A stretch of DNA of 64,000 bases from the human T2T-CHM13v2.0 reference genome, Homo sapiens. The stretch's first letter is position 1; each line of letters starts with the position of its first letter. The stretch is from NCBI RefSeq assembly GCF_009914755.1, contig NC_060925.1; one strand, 5' to 3'. Both the position numbers and the translations under genes were made by a program. This document shows positions 14,748-31,529 of the stretch, one piece after another. Under the pieces are notes generated by a model. That model did not search any database. It saw only the letters and a program-made list of their open reading frames with translations, and was not told where the DNA came from.

Positions 14748-15959
14748 GATTCAAGACTTTCTTTGAAAGTAAAATGGAATAAAAATGAAACACTACGAAC
14801 TTTGTTGCCTATCCTCGCTGTTTTTCTTTTTGACTTAACTTTGCGTTGGGGTGCTTTAAAGTAACCCTATTTGAGAGAAGGAGGTTGAAGGGCATTCTAG
14901 CGTCCCCAACTAGAGTAAAAGGGCTATGACAGAAGGCAATCAAAGGAGGAAATAATTAGCAATCTTCAACGTTCAAGATTAATCAGTTCTGTTTAGCGGT
15001 TATTAAAGGGAAGAAAGAAACCAAATGGGAATAGTGAATTATTGGTCCTTTCATGTTTTACACTTAATGCTGGTACATAGTATTCTTTCCACATTCTACT
15101 GCACATTGCCTAGAGAAAGAACTGCAGATCATCAAATAATTATCCATTTCCAAATGGTCTAATGACAGCAGATACAAAGGCGGCTCACTTAAAACCTTCC
15201 GTTAACAGTCACACTGCATCAAATGGTGCTAGCTTTAAGTAGGCCACCCATTTAGTAGACTCTGAAACAACACCTTTCCGCCCAATTTCTGTCATTTGCT
15301 CCTTAAGTCAAGGGTAGTACCCTGCGTAACATCTTACAAAGGCCTACTTCTAACACTTCCCGAATCTTAATGTGTGAGGATGTTGATCACCATAATTTAT
15401 GACCTTATCTAAGACAGTGGGGTGACTCTCCACATTGGGAGCCCCCTCATTTGTCCTCAGTGACTTCTAAAAACACCGCTGGCGTGGGCTGGATATTTGA
15501 TCTTGGGGCCAAGTGCTTCCAGACTTTGTTCTCTGGCCTTAAAGGTGAAGAGCCCGGCGCTGAAGGCCACAGACATCACGGCGGATTTCACAGAGGGCCG
15601 CGTTCCGGGAGCGGGTGGCCAGGCGGTGGCGGACGCCCCACCTGTCCATCCTCCTACCCCTTCCCCCCCTCGTTGTTTGGCCGGTGGGAGCCCCTCCTTT
15701 CAGCAGGCGCCGGGCGGTGGGGTTGCGGATGGCTGCGCGCGCTGCGGGCACCGATCACCGGCGGCAGTTGGGCTCCGCGGGGCCGAAAAGCTGCGGGCGG
15801 GAAGCGCGAGGTTAAGACCCTGACGGCTGCAGCTCTCAGAGCCCCCGCGAGCGCGCTCCGTTGGTGCGCGCGCGCGCGGCTCCGCCCCGCCCGCTTGGCG
15901 CGCGCACCCGCCAGGTCCGCTCTCGTCCCCCACCCCTGGCGCGGACGGGGTGGTTCCAG

Positions 15960-16141
15960 CTCACTCTCCTCCCCCGAGCGGCAGCGGCAGCGGCGGCGGC
16001 GGCGGCTGCTGCGGGCGCTGAATGAGAGACGGTGACTGTTCGGGTCGACGAGTGCTACTCTAGGCGGCGGCGGCCGTGGCGGTGAAGCGTGAGGCCGGCA
16101 TCGTCTTTCCGTCCTCTGAGGCGACGGCCGCGGCTGCACAG
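15960..16141 (+). other. RALGPS2: Non-coding first exon (5'UTR); TSS approximate; intron 1 runs past the window end
   Basis: GCN-repeat leader, donor CAG|GTCGGT at 16141/16142 followed by G-runs. Gene identity is inferred from my recollection that PTPN2P1 lies ~21 kb into RALGPS2 intron 1, which matches the spacing here. Confidence 0.75.
15978..16013 (+). repeat. Interrupted GCG trinucleotide repeat in the 5'UTR
   Basis: GCG GCA GCG GCA (GCG)5 GCT GCT GCG. Confidence 0.9.
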
Positions 16142-17951
16142 GTCGGTGGGCTCAGGCCGCGGGGCGGTGCGGGGGAGGGAGGGAGGGAGGGTGGGTACGC
16201 GGCGCCCCCCGGGCGGCGCGGGGAATGGCGGCGGCGGCGCTGCGGAGTGTGGCTCTCCCGGCCGCGGGCCCCGGGGCTGCTCGCCCTGCGCGCAGGGAGG
16301 GGGCTGCGGAGCTGGGGCTGAGGCTGAGGGAGAAGGGCGCTGGGCGGCGCGCCTCCCTCGGCCGCGGGTTCTCAGAGTCGGAGCGGCCGTGGGGTCCCCG
16401 CTCGGGGGCGCCGTTCTGAAGCCGGGGGCGCTGCGACCCCTTGAACCCGCCTCGCTCTCCCTCTTGGGTGGCGGAAGCCCCCAGCCTCCGCCCGCTCTGT
16501 TCTGGCGCCCAGCGGCGCCTCAGTCTTCCTTCAGGTGAGCCCGATCCCGGACCTCGGAGCCAGGACCAGCAGAAGCCGGGCCACACCCCCTCCCCTGGCC
16601 CTGGCGGCTGCGCCCAGAAGCCTGGCCGCAGAGTTGGCCGCCCGCGAACCCGCGGAATCGCGGTCAGGGTGACCTGTTGCAGAGCGGCCCGCAGCCCGAG
16701 CGGCCCCCGCCAGCCCCGGCCCCGGAGGGGCTGCGTCCTGTGCTGGCCTCGGGCCGGGCGCGCGGGCCGGGTGTGGGGCAGGGGCCGCAGCCCCAGGTCG
16801 GCTTGCTCTACGGCCTGGAACCGGGCTCTAGAAAAAAAAGGAGATTCCGAACGTATCTCATCAAACACTTGCAAAGCCGGGAGATCTGTCTGCAAATATC
16901 CGGAATTCCATTGCAGTATCGGATTAGGTAGGCTCATAAACACCGTGCTTTTGAGGTGATTTGGAAGAAACGCGAGCCACGAGCGAGGAACTAGTTTCTG
17001 GAAAATAGCCGTAAACCTGTGCGGAGCGAATTATTAACCCCCCGCCCCAGCTCCCCCCTCGAAGCTCTTTTCCTGTAGCTGTGTGTTGTGTAGACGCAAG
17101 CCAGTTTCAGTGTACGTGGGCGTGTTTGGGAAGAAGCTGCGAGCTGATAGGAGGTACCTAGTACAAATGTTAATTTGTTTGAGTTGGGAGGGGTAAGGGA
17201 GGAGGAAGAAAGGGCACTGATGTTAGCTGTGGAGGAGGGGCAATTGAAATACTAAATTTCTGTTAAAAAAAAAAAACCCCAAAAGAAATATCTAATGCCT
17301 ACTGTGTATTTAAGACCATAAAGTGGAATCACACAAGCAGCAGTTAATTGAGCTTTATCGTTTATGCTCCCTGGATTTTTTTTCCCCAACACTTTAGTTG
17401 CTATAGAGAGCCTTTTCTTACCAGTGTTCATGAGTTGACTTGGGTATTTTTCTGTGTCCACCATTAGATCGATTCCTGTTCAAGTTTCTTTGAAGATGAC
17501 CATCAGAATTTTAGGAAACTTTTCAGCCCGTGTTTGCAGAGTATCGCTGTTAGACAGATCATAGCTTGCTCATTATAAAGCCTGTTCCACTCAAGATCAT
17601 TATGCTTGTACAAGTGCTATAGAACAAGTGCTATAGAATCATACACATAAGTGTATTACTCTTACGGCTAAATATCTTAATTTAGAATTATGAGGAAACT
17701 TCCAAAACTGAGCATCCAAACAGTATTATTTTAACAAAGATAACCTCTAACTCAAGCTTTGTAGGCATGAAGTTTATCATGTAGCTTCAAAGGTCTTTTG
17801 AGGCAGATCTAAATATCAAAATGTAAGGGCATTAATGCCATTTGGGATAAACAATTTCAGTGTATTTATTTTAAGCGTAGTTCATTTTTTCTTTTTAAAA
17901 TTCAGCATAATTTTTGAACGGTAAGATGTGCGTTTTTCCCATTATATTCCA

Positions 17952-18082
17952 CTTTTTTTTTTTTCCTTTTAAGATAGGTTCTCCTTATTTGGCTCAGGCT
18001 GGTCTCAGACTCCTGAGCTCAAGCGATCCTCCCGTGTCAGGCTCCCAAGAAGCTGGGACTACAGGCATGCGCCACTGTGCGT
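17952..18082 (-). mobile_element. Alu monomer (FLAM-like)
   Basis: Single reversed Alu arm. Confidence 0.8.
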
Positions 18083-19929
18083 TATTTCACTTTTCATTGA
18101 ATTAAGGAATTTGACTTTTAGTAATACTTTGGGGCAGGACTCTGGAAATACTGTTTAGTTTGCCTAAATTTTTTCAGATTGCAACGTAAGTTTGAAGATA
18201 ATGCTTGCATTGGCAGAACACAACGTGCTTTTCTAATATTTATTAGTAATACTAGAAAGAATACAACAAATTTTCCTGAGAGAAAACATAACTGAAAAAC
18301 TGGCTTTGTGAGTCAGATACATATGTGAGTAATATACTTTTGTGTGTGTTTTTAAATACCTGGTACGAGTCTTTTTATTACGTCATTAGAGTTCAGTGTA
18401 GTGAATGATGGATATATAGGTGAAATTGTCCTGTTGCAACTTAAAACACTTAAGCTTTTTCCAGAGACTCAGTTCATTCTGCACATGTGTATTGGGTACC
18501 TACTTGGTGCCAGTTAGTTCCCTAGAGGTTGGGGACACAACAGGGGAGACACAACAGGGCTTATCATTTAAGCCCTGATGGGGCTTAAATGATAAGTGGG
18601 CAAATATGTTTGTTTAAAAGTTTAAGAAGTAGAAACTCCTCTGATAACTTTTTGGTTAAGGATATTGTTTTTTTCTTTCTGAGAATTGTGGGAATTATTG
18701 CCTAGCGAACAAAAACATTAAGACAATTGTTTTTAGAATATGCCTATGTTTATATACTTTGGGTTTCTGGTTACCAAGTATACCAAAGATAAACATTCTA
18801 CCTGAAGTCAGATGATGCGTAGTTTACATGTGGTTAGACAGCCTTATTCTTTTGGTTTATGTAGTTAAATGAATGTTTGCTGAAAATATTCTCTCGGCAT
18901 TTATTTATAAGGGAATCTAAATTTCTTTTTTGGTCTAAAATTTTAAAATATCACCTTTTTATTTCTGGCTGACTGTGAGTGAACCAATTCCTTGATAATC
19001 TGCTTTTTCAGAAATTTTTAAATAACTTTTAAACCATAAACCAAACTATTAATTGAAATTTATTGAATCAAATTTGTTTTCTTTTGTGAGTTAAACTTTA
19101 AACCCATTTTCTCCGAAAGTATGCTTTTTTTTTTTTTTTTTGCTATGTAAAATAGGCACATAGTTTGGGTTTACTTTTAATTTTAATGATACACAGTTTG
19201 AGAATAAGATATTGAAGTGTATCCATTTTTTGAATATGAGATATTTATTGTGTAACGACTGTATTTGGAATAAAATTGTCACTTTAATATGAATACTTTT
19301 TTTTAAGTTAATTTTCAATGAAAGATAATTCAAATAGCTTGAAACTACCCCAGCCTGAGTGAAGTTCCTTGGAGAGGAAAATGAATGTATTGCATTACCC
19401 TGTAAATTGTTTCTTTAAATGTGTCTTAAATTTCCTATTGAATCCTTTTTAGTGAGAGAATAAAGATTGTGATAAATTTTAGTAACGTGGAATTAATCTG
19501 GAATCTTTTTTGGTTTAATGTCTTGAGCTTTTGATTTAGGAAAACTTTTAACTACATAATAGAAATAAAACACTGGAATTTAAAATGTGTTACATTTACC
19601 TATTCTATGGAAAGAAAAAAGTTTGAATATAAATTTACATAGTCACTTTACTAAGTAGCTAGTTAGGGATATGGGAAGGATCTGTATATACATACAGTTA
19701 TATGGATATAGCAGTGTTCATATGACTTAGCTTGAGGAGGCTTGGCCGTTTATTTCATTACAGAGAAACTTTTGGTACTGGCTTTTGAATAATACATTGC
19801 TTTGGAGTGTGAAAGACTTGAATCTCTCATCTTGAATTTAATTGATAGTTTTCTGTTATTTCACTTACATGACCTTTTTTTTCAGAACAGATTTTCTTTA
19901 GTTTGATTTCCTTTTGTTGTTCTGGCAGA

Positions 19930-20170
19930 AGTGTTTTCTGAAAACCTTATTAAATAGCATCCCCCATCATACTCTGTGCCTTTGCCTTGCTTTATTTATT
20001 TATTTTTACATCATTGGTTTATCTGACATTAAAACGTACATTAGTTTATTATCTGCCTCCCTCTCTGATTGTAAGCTTCATGAGGACAAGGGCTTATTTT
20101 GTACACTGTTCTCTTCCTAGCACCTAGAAAAGTATCTGACACGTAGTGATGCTCAGATATTTGTGGGGTA
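19930..20170 (+). mobile_element. L2 3' end
   Basis: TGTAAGCTTCATGAGGACAAGGG...CCTAGCACCTAGAAAAGTATCTGACACGTAG. Confidence 0.7.
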
Positions 20171-20282
20171 TTGTTATTAAGTGATCAAAGGACCCCTGGT
20201 TTTGTTCCTTTTTTAAAAAAAGATTAATATTTGATTTATACAGCTGTGCAGTTAAAAAGAAAATTGTACTACAAGGGTTATA

Positions 20283-20521
20283 CAGGTTGAGCATCCCAAA
20301 TCTGAAAATCTGAAATCCAAAATGCTCCAAAATATTAAACTTTTTGAGTGCCAGCATGACTCTCAAAGAAAATGTTCATTGGAGCAGTTTGAGTTTTAAA
20401 TATTTGGATTTGGGATGCCCAACTGGCAATGCAAGTCTTCCAAAATCTGACAAAATCTGAAATTCAACAAAATTTGAAATCTGAATTTTTCTGGCCCCAA
20501 GCCAGGTACTCAGATAACCTG
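20283..20521 (+). mobile_element. Tigger4a/MER46-type MITE
   Basis: CAGGTTGAGCATCCC start, AACCTG end, TA on both sides. Confidence 0.85.
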
Positions 20522-20596
20522 TAATTAAAACTCCGGTCCTCTGCCTCATGTCTTTATGACTTTCCCTCCTGTGTCCTGCTTTCAGAGCAACCATAG

Positions 20597-20964
<368 letters not shown>

Positions 20965-21311
20965 CTGTTTTTCAGTTTTCCTGTTTTTCAATTTTAGCTG
21001 TTGTCTGTTGGCTTTCTTCTGTGGTAGATGAGTCTATGCTTTAGGATTCTTATGCCACCTTGAAATTTCTTTCCCATGTCTTCCCAATATAGTCATGCTT
21101 TTGATTAAATCAGCATTCGTTGTTTACATTATTATGAGTTTGTAAATATGTTTACAGTGGAACCTTACAGTGTACTATGATTATATTTCTTGGAGTTGAT
21201 TTCTTTTTATTTCTTAGTTTCCTATTTGTCTCTAATTTTTTTTTCTACAAACTGTCCCAATATCATCAAACATCAGGTAATTGACCCTTCAGTTTTAAAA
21301 AAAAAAAATGA

Positions 21312-21751
<440 letters not shown>

Positions 21752-21989
21752 TGATCTCTGGATCCATATCCTCCGCTTTCTTGATTTACTCCTTTGTTTT
21801 GGTGAAATGCATCCTTTGGTAACTTTCAAGAAAGAGTATATGAAGAGGTAAAATTTGTGAGATGTGTGTATTGCTGAAAATATTTTCCTTCTACCTTGAC
21901 ACCTGGTTGATAATATGGCAGGGATAGGTATAGAATTCCAAGGTAAAAATCATCTTCAAATTTAGCAGATGATTATACTTTTCTAGTTG

Positions 21990-22322
<333 letters not shown>

Positions 22323-22936
22323 TGAAGTGGTTGTTGAAAAGTCTTATGCCATTCAAAATCTTCATCCTTCATATGTGACCTGGCCCTATGATCTTTTGTC
22401 TTCAGTATATCTGCTATGTCCCTGATATTTTATGTATCTTGTATTGACTTTACTTTATTTCTTCTACACTGAATTTAGTGGGCGCTTTCAACCAGCAGTG
22501 TCCATGATTATATGGAGAGGAGATATGATCTAGTTTAGAGGTCAGCAGACTTTTTCTTTGAAGGTTAGGTAGTATTTTAGGCATTTTGGGCAATACAATC
22601 CATTACTGCTACTCAGCTTTGCTGTTGTCTAGTGAAATCAAGCATAAGCAGTGTGGGACTGTGGTTTGCTGACACCTGATCTTATACAAGCAGAAGGATT
22701 AGCCTTTGCTTCACCAGGAGTAGGGAGAGTTACTATAGAAATAGGAGAGAAGACAAAGTATATGGATAGACACATGATGGTGGTAGCTTGAGAACGTTCT
22801 CATGAGTGTTTCAATTTACCTTTGTGTATAGAGGCCAAGCTCATCATCTGAGAGTAAGGAAGAATGGGAATATGTATTAGAGGTTTGAGAAGGAATAATA
22901 CATGACATAGTCACTTGTCAAAGAGTAAAAAAGTGA

Positions 22937-23325
<389 letters not shown>

Positions 23326-23329
23326 ATGT

Positions 23330-23825
23330 TCCTGATTTTAATAGGAGTACCTTTAATATTTCATCATTAATTATAATGCCTTACTATTGGTTTTGATAAA
23401 TAACTTAAGACTTTTGGTAGATATGATTAAGAAATGCTTTGTCATACTAGTTTTCTAAGTTTTTTTTTTTTTTTAAACATAAAATGTTGAATTCATCAAG
23501 TGCTTTTTCTTTGCAGGTAGAGATCATCTTTTCCATTAATCTGTTAATAGGATGTATTACATTAATAGATTATCTCCTGTTGAACCATCTTTGCATTCCT
23601 GAGTTAAACCCTATTTAGCTGTGGTGCATTTTTTCACCCACACGGCTGAATTTGACTTGCTGGTGTCTTAGAGTTCTTTAAGATCTACATTTATCAGTGA
23701 GGTTTACATGGGTATATTTTGAATTCAAAGTTTCGCTGACTTCATGAAATCAGTTGTAAAGCTTTCTTTTTTTTCCCCCATTATCAGAAATAATTCTGTA
23801 ACGTAGGGATTCTTTGTTCCTTGAA
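23330..23825 (-). mobile_element. Ancient L1 ORF2 fragment
   Basis: GTTGAACCATCTTTGCATTCCTGAG motif (reversed L1 ORF2). Confidence 0.65.
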
Positions 23826-23829
23826 GGAA

Positions 23830-26480
<2,651 letters not shown>

Positions 26481-26894
26481 ATAAAAAATAAAAATAAGCA
26501 AAAAAATTATTGTACTTATTTAAAAGTATTTGTATATTTCTGGGGATAATTGTATTGCATTCAAAGATAGTTTCTACTATCATTTTTAATGGTAGCATTG
26601 TATTGTGTGAATGTATCATTATTTAAACTCTTGAGCATTTAGGTTGTTTCTTTTAGATAGTATAACAGTGATAGAGTTAACATCTTTTTTTATAGCTCTT
26701 CCTGTACTTACATAATTTCCTTTTGATGAATTCCTAAAAAGGGAGTTATTTGGAGGTTAAGTATGTTTGCATACTCGCTTATGGTGTACATGTTTGTTTC
26801 TCTATGCCCTTAATCACTTGGCAGTTAGCTTTAAAAACGTATATATGTTGATGTGTTATGTAATAAGTGCTCTGTGTTTTAATTTGTGGGTTGT

Positions 26895-27190
26895 TTTTTT
26901 TTTTTTTTTCTGAGACAGAGTCTCACTGTGTCGCCCAGCCTGGAGTGCAGTGGTGATCTCGGCTCACTGCAGCCTCCGCCTCCTGGGTTCAAGATTCTCC
27001 TGCCTCAGCTTCTCAAGTAGCTGGGATTACAGGTGCCTACCACCATGCCTGGCTAATTCTTGTATTTTCAGTAGAGTCAGAGCTTCACCATGTTGGCCAG
27101 GCTGGTCTTGAACTCCTGACCTCAAGTGATCCAGCCACCTCGGCCTCCCAAAAGTGCTGGGATTAAAGATGTGAGCCACTACACCCAGCC
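26895..27190 (-). mobile_element. Alu
   Basis: Reverse Alu consensus. Confidence 0.95.
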
Positions 27191-27344
27191 TTAATTTGCA
27201 TTTTAAACGTTTTCAATGAAAGTACTGTTTTCATATGTGTGATATTATACTACTTTCTCCAATTTTCTCTTCACATCCTACCCATTCTTTTTGCTCAATC
27301 TTTTAAGTCTTTTAATGAAATAGTTATACAAAAAAGTGTATAGA

Positions 27345-27638
27345 GTCAGGTGCGGTGGCTCACACCTGTAATCTCAGCACTTTGGGAGGCCAAGGTGGGC
27401 GGATTGCTTGAGCCCAGGAGTTTAAGACCCAGCCTGGGCAATGTGGTGAAACCCTGTCTCTACAAAAAAATGCAAAAAATTAGCCAGGTATGGTGGTGTG
27501 TGCCTGTAGTCCCAGCTACTCAGGAGGCTGAGGCTGGAGAATTGGAGTCCGGGAGGTCAAGGCTGCAGTGGCCATGATCGAGCCACTGCACTCCAGCCTG
27601 GGCAACAGAAGGACACCCCTGTCTTAAAAAACAAAAAG
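27345..27638 (+). mobile_element. Alu (AluJ-like)
   Basis: Forward Alu, GCTTGAGCCCAGGAG diagnostic. Confidence 0.93.
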
Positions 27639-27804
27639 CATATGAAGACTAATACAGTTAATCCCTAACTTAAGAAATTAACCAATGCAGTTGAAGCACC
27701 CTACTAGTTCACATTAATGTGTAAGAAGTCTTTATGTATTAAAAATATTAACTCTTTGTCTCTTGTTTTACTTTTCCTTGTTTTATCTTTTGTTACCCAA
27801 CTTA

Positions 27805-27960
27805 CTGTATTTCATTGAATCTAAAATGGCTTCAGTTGCAAGATGCACTATTTATGTACATCTAAAAATAAGAATATGGCATTCGAATTTAAGAGGCATC
27901 TTAATTTCAGAGATTTTAAAAGGTAAGAAAATGCACATCTAAGAATTGATGAAATACATG
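27805..27960 (-). mobile_element. MER104-like (TcMar-Tc2) MITE
   Basis: Imperfect TIRs CTGTATTTCATTGAATCTA ... TAAGAATTGATGAAATACATG, TA flanks. Confidence 0.6.
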
Positions 27961-27979
27961 TATTTCACTGTCTTGCGCC

Positions 27980-28273
27980 TTTTTTCTTTTTGAGATGAAG
28001 TCTTGCTCTGTCGCCCAGGCTGAAGTGCCGGTGGCATGATCTTGGCTCACTGCAACCTCTGCCTCCCAGGTTCAAGCAATTCTCTGCCTCAGCCTCGCGA
28101 GTAGCTGGGATTACAGGCGCCTGCCACCACGCCTGGCTAATTTTTTTGTATTTTTAGTAGAGACGGGGTTTCACCATCTTGGCCAGGCTGGTCTTGAACT
28201 CCTGACCTCGTGATCCACCTGCCTCGGCTTCCCAAAGTGCTGGGATTACAGGCATGAGCCACCGCACCTGGCC
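27980..28273 (-). mobile_element. Alu
   Basis: Reverse Alu consensus. Confidence 0.95.
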
Positions 28274-28509
28274 AGCGCCACCTTTAATCAGATGATCAAT
28301 CTCTTCTTTTGTTTCTGTTTCTACTGTGAGTCCTAGATAGCCTTTCCTATGTCAGAATATATTTTAAAATTCACCTATGTTTACTTCTAGTATTTTTATG
28401 GCTTAAATATTTTTCATTTTTAATTCATCTTATTTTAATGTAAGATCTAATTTTTGTCTTTTTACCCAAATGGTTAAACAATTGTCAAAAAGTTAAATGA
28501 CATTAATGA

Positions 28510-29273
<764 letters not shown>

Positions 29274-31529
29274 TGAATGTCAAAACTAAATTTCAATTTT
29301 ATGTTTCCTTAAATTTCTAATAAGTATCTACATGTTTTTGGGATCAGCCATATAATTTACTAAGCTAAAATTAAATAAATTTTTTAAGGATAGACAATGG
29401 TTATAATTCTTTGATGAAAGTCTGTATGAATCTGGGCAAGTTACTTAATTTGTTTAACATTCAGCTTTTTTATTTGTAATTGGGTATAATAGTGCCTTCT
29501 CATAGGATCATTGTAAGGATTTCTTTTACTCTTTCTTTCAGAATTTTGAAGATCAAGTGTAATTATAGCCCAGATTCTGTTGCATCTGTGGTTATTCTAG
29601 ATCTCTAGGGTTACTGGAGTAAATTATTCGTTATACCTCTTCCAGTCCTGATTTAGATTTCCAGGATTTGTCTAGAACATTTTTTTGCCTTCTGGAATTA
29701 GCTTACATGACAAATCTGTATGTTTTCTGTTGCTTTTCTTAAGCTACACTTTTGTGTATGTGCTGAAATCTTTATAGATAGTTTAGGGGTTTGTAGGTGG
29801 GTGATTAGTAAGTTTTTTCTTTTTTTTGCAATTTTGATATGCTGATATATTTTTGTATGTTTTTGTAGTTTAGATCCTATCTCTTAAAGCTAGAGGGACA
29901 GGAATAAGTCTACTTAAAGAGCAACATTTTGAGGATATCTTATGGATAAGAAACTCTGCTTCTGACTTGCTTATTTTGGCCACTGGCATTTTTAAATGTT
30001 TTCTTGTAAGCACAGTACTTGAGAGTGTTATCATAAAAGTATTGTTGTTCATGTCTTCTTGGTCAGAGACAGTCTTATATGTGAAACCACAGTAAATAAC
30101 ATAAAACAATATGTTGTTTTGTGTCAGATTGAAGAGCATTAGCAGGTCACAGAAGAAGAGGCTCAGTGAGGACAGGAGTGGTCCTTAAGGAATGTGTTTC
30201 ATTTATGTGGAAAGAACATACTGATTGTTGAAACAGCATGACTCAAGATGTGGCAACCAGAACTAGGTGTTGTTGGCACGATTTGGATTGAAGGGTTTGT
30301 TTGGGATGTGGCGGGAAATACAGTACCTTTGATGAGGTGGGACTAAATATTCAGCCCTTAGAAATGAAGCAGGGGAAATTAGAATTGAAATGATAGTACA
30401 TATTGTTATTCACTAACTTAGCGTGTCACTCTGTTTCCTTTCTTCAAGAGATCCAAAAGGTGACAGATAGAACTCATTGCCAAAAGGTTTTTAAAGATAA
30501 CCACTTTGAAGGTTTGGACTTAAGGGAACAGGCAGTACTAATTGAAGCCATCTGTGCTGCACTTGTTTATCTAAACAGTTTGGACAGCTGAACTGGCTGT
30601 AGGAATGAAGTCAACAAACCTAGCCACCTCATCTGCTTCATTCCAATATGGCCTAACAGATATAGCTATAAGGATGAATAGGGTCATTGATACTACTTCT
30701 AACTCTGAGCGGTATTTGAAATAATAGATAATAGTGGGTTTTCCTCCTCAGTTGTGGTACTCTTGAATGGAGTATGGCAACCTTTGACTTAATAATCACT
30801 GGACCTGTATTTCATGTCTTGTGTGATGCTGTAAATTATATGATCCCCTTAGTAACAACCAAATTTTGTATTTATAACTACTTAACTACTATAACTAAGT
30901 AGATTAGAAATCCTGGCAAGACTTTTGAGTCCCAGAGTAGTAGTGATTTATCTGAGTCAGTATCCTAGATATGTCATTTATAATTCTGGCTTGCCCACAG
31001 TTCCTTTGGAGGAAATCTGCTTTTTCTACAGTACATTGCAGAAGAACAGACCTCAATAGCTATTTTTTTAACCATATAAAACTGTATTGCAGTGGATTGG
31101 TCCAGCAGTGGGCATTTGACCTAAGGGTTGCTAATCCATCAACCACCTGGGAAAATTTATATAGTCAGTTATAGAAAACATGGAGTTAATTTACCATTGA
31201 ACCATGGGAGCTGAAGCTGCAAAGATGTGTTGGTGTAGAGTCCTGTAAAACTAAAGTTTAAGGGAATGGAAAGTAGATGTAAGCAGAAGCTATGAATTAC
31301 AGAAATGATAAAGGAGATGAGGAAGCCATTTGGTAACTATAAAAGAGTAGGGCATGTGTGCTGAGAGAAGTGCAAAATTCTGAGAGAAACCATGTGGTTT
31401 GAGAGAGAGGTATGGAACATGAGAGTGAAGATTCTAGTTTCTGGCACTGTAGATACTGTTCTTCCTTTAGTACTTCTGTGGCTCCTGCCCTTCTTGAGAC
31501 TGCATTCATTCCTCCCCACCCCCAGGAAA

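Larger units (their letters stand above)
15480..17060. promoter_or_regulatory. RALGPS2: CpG island / TATA-less promoter
   Basis: Abrupt GC- and CpG-rich block in AT-rich surroundings; GC box CCGCCCCGCCC at 15882-15892; (CG)6 at 15867-15878. Confidence 0.93.

Noticed and set aside
15451-16959. Many overlapping 150-260 aa ORFs on both strands
   Set aside because: Stop-poor CpG-island sequence; R/G/P/A-rich with no domain; they run across the exon-1 donor
17609-17638. Short direct repeat ACAAGTGCTATAGA x2
   Set aside because: Ordinary slippage duplication with no further structure
29530-29905. Polypyrimidine/AG acceptors on the + strand as alternative exons
   Set aside because: No convincing paired donor; such motifs are common in T-rich introns
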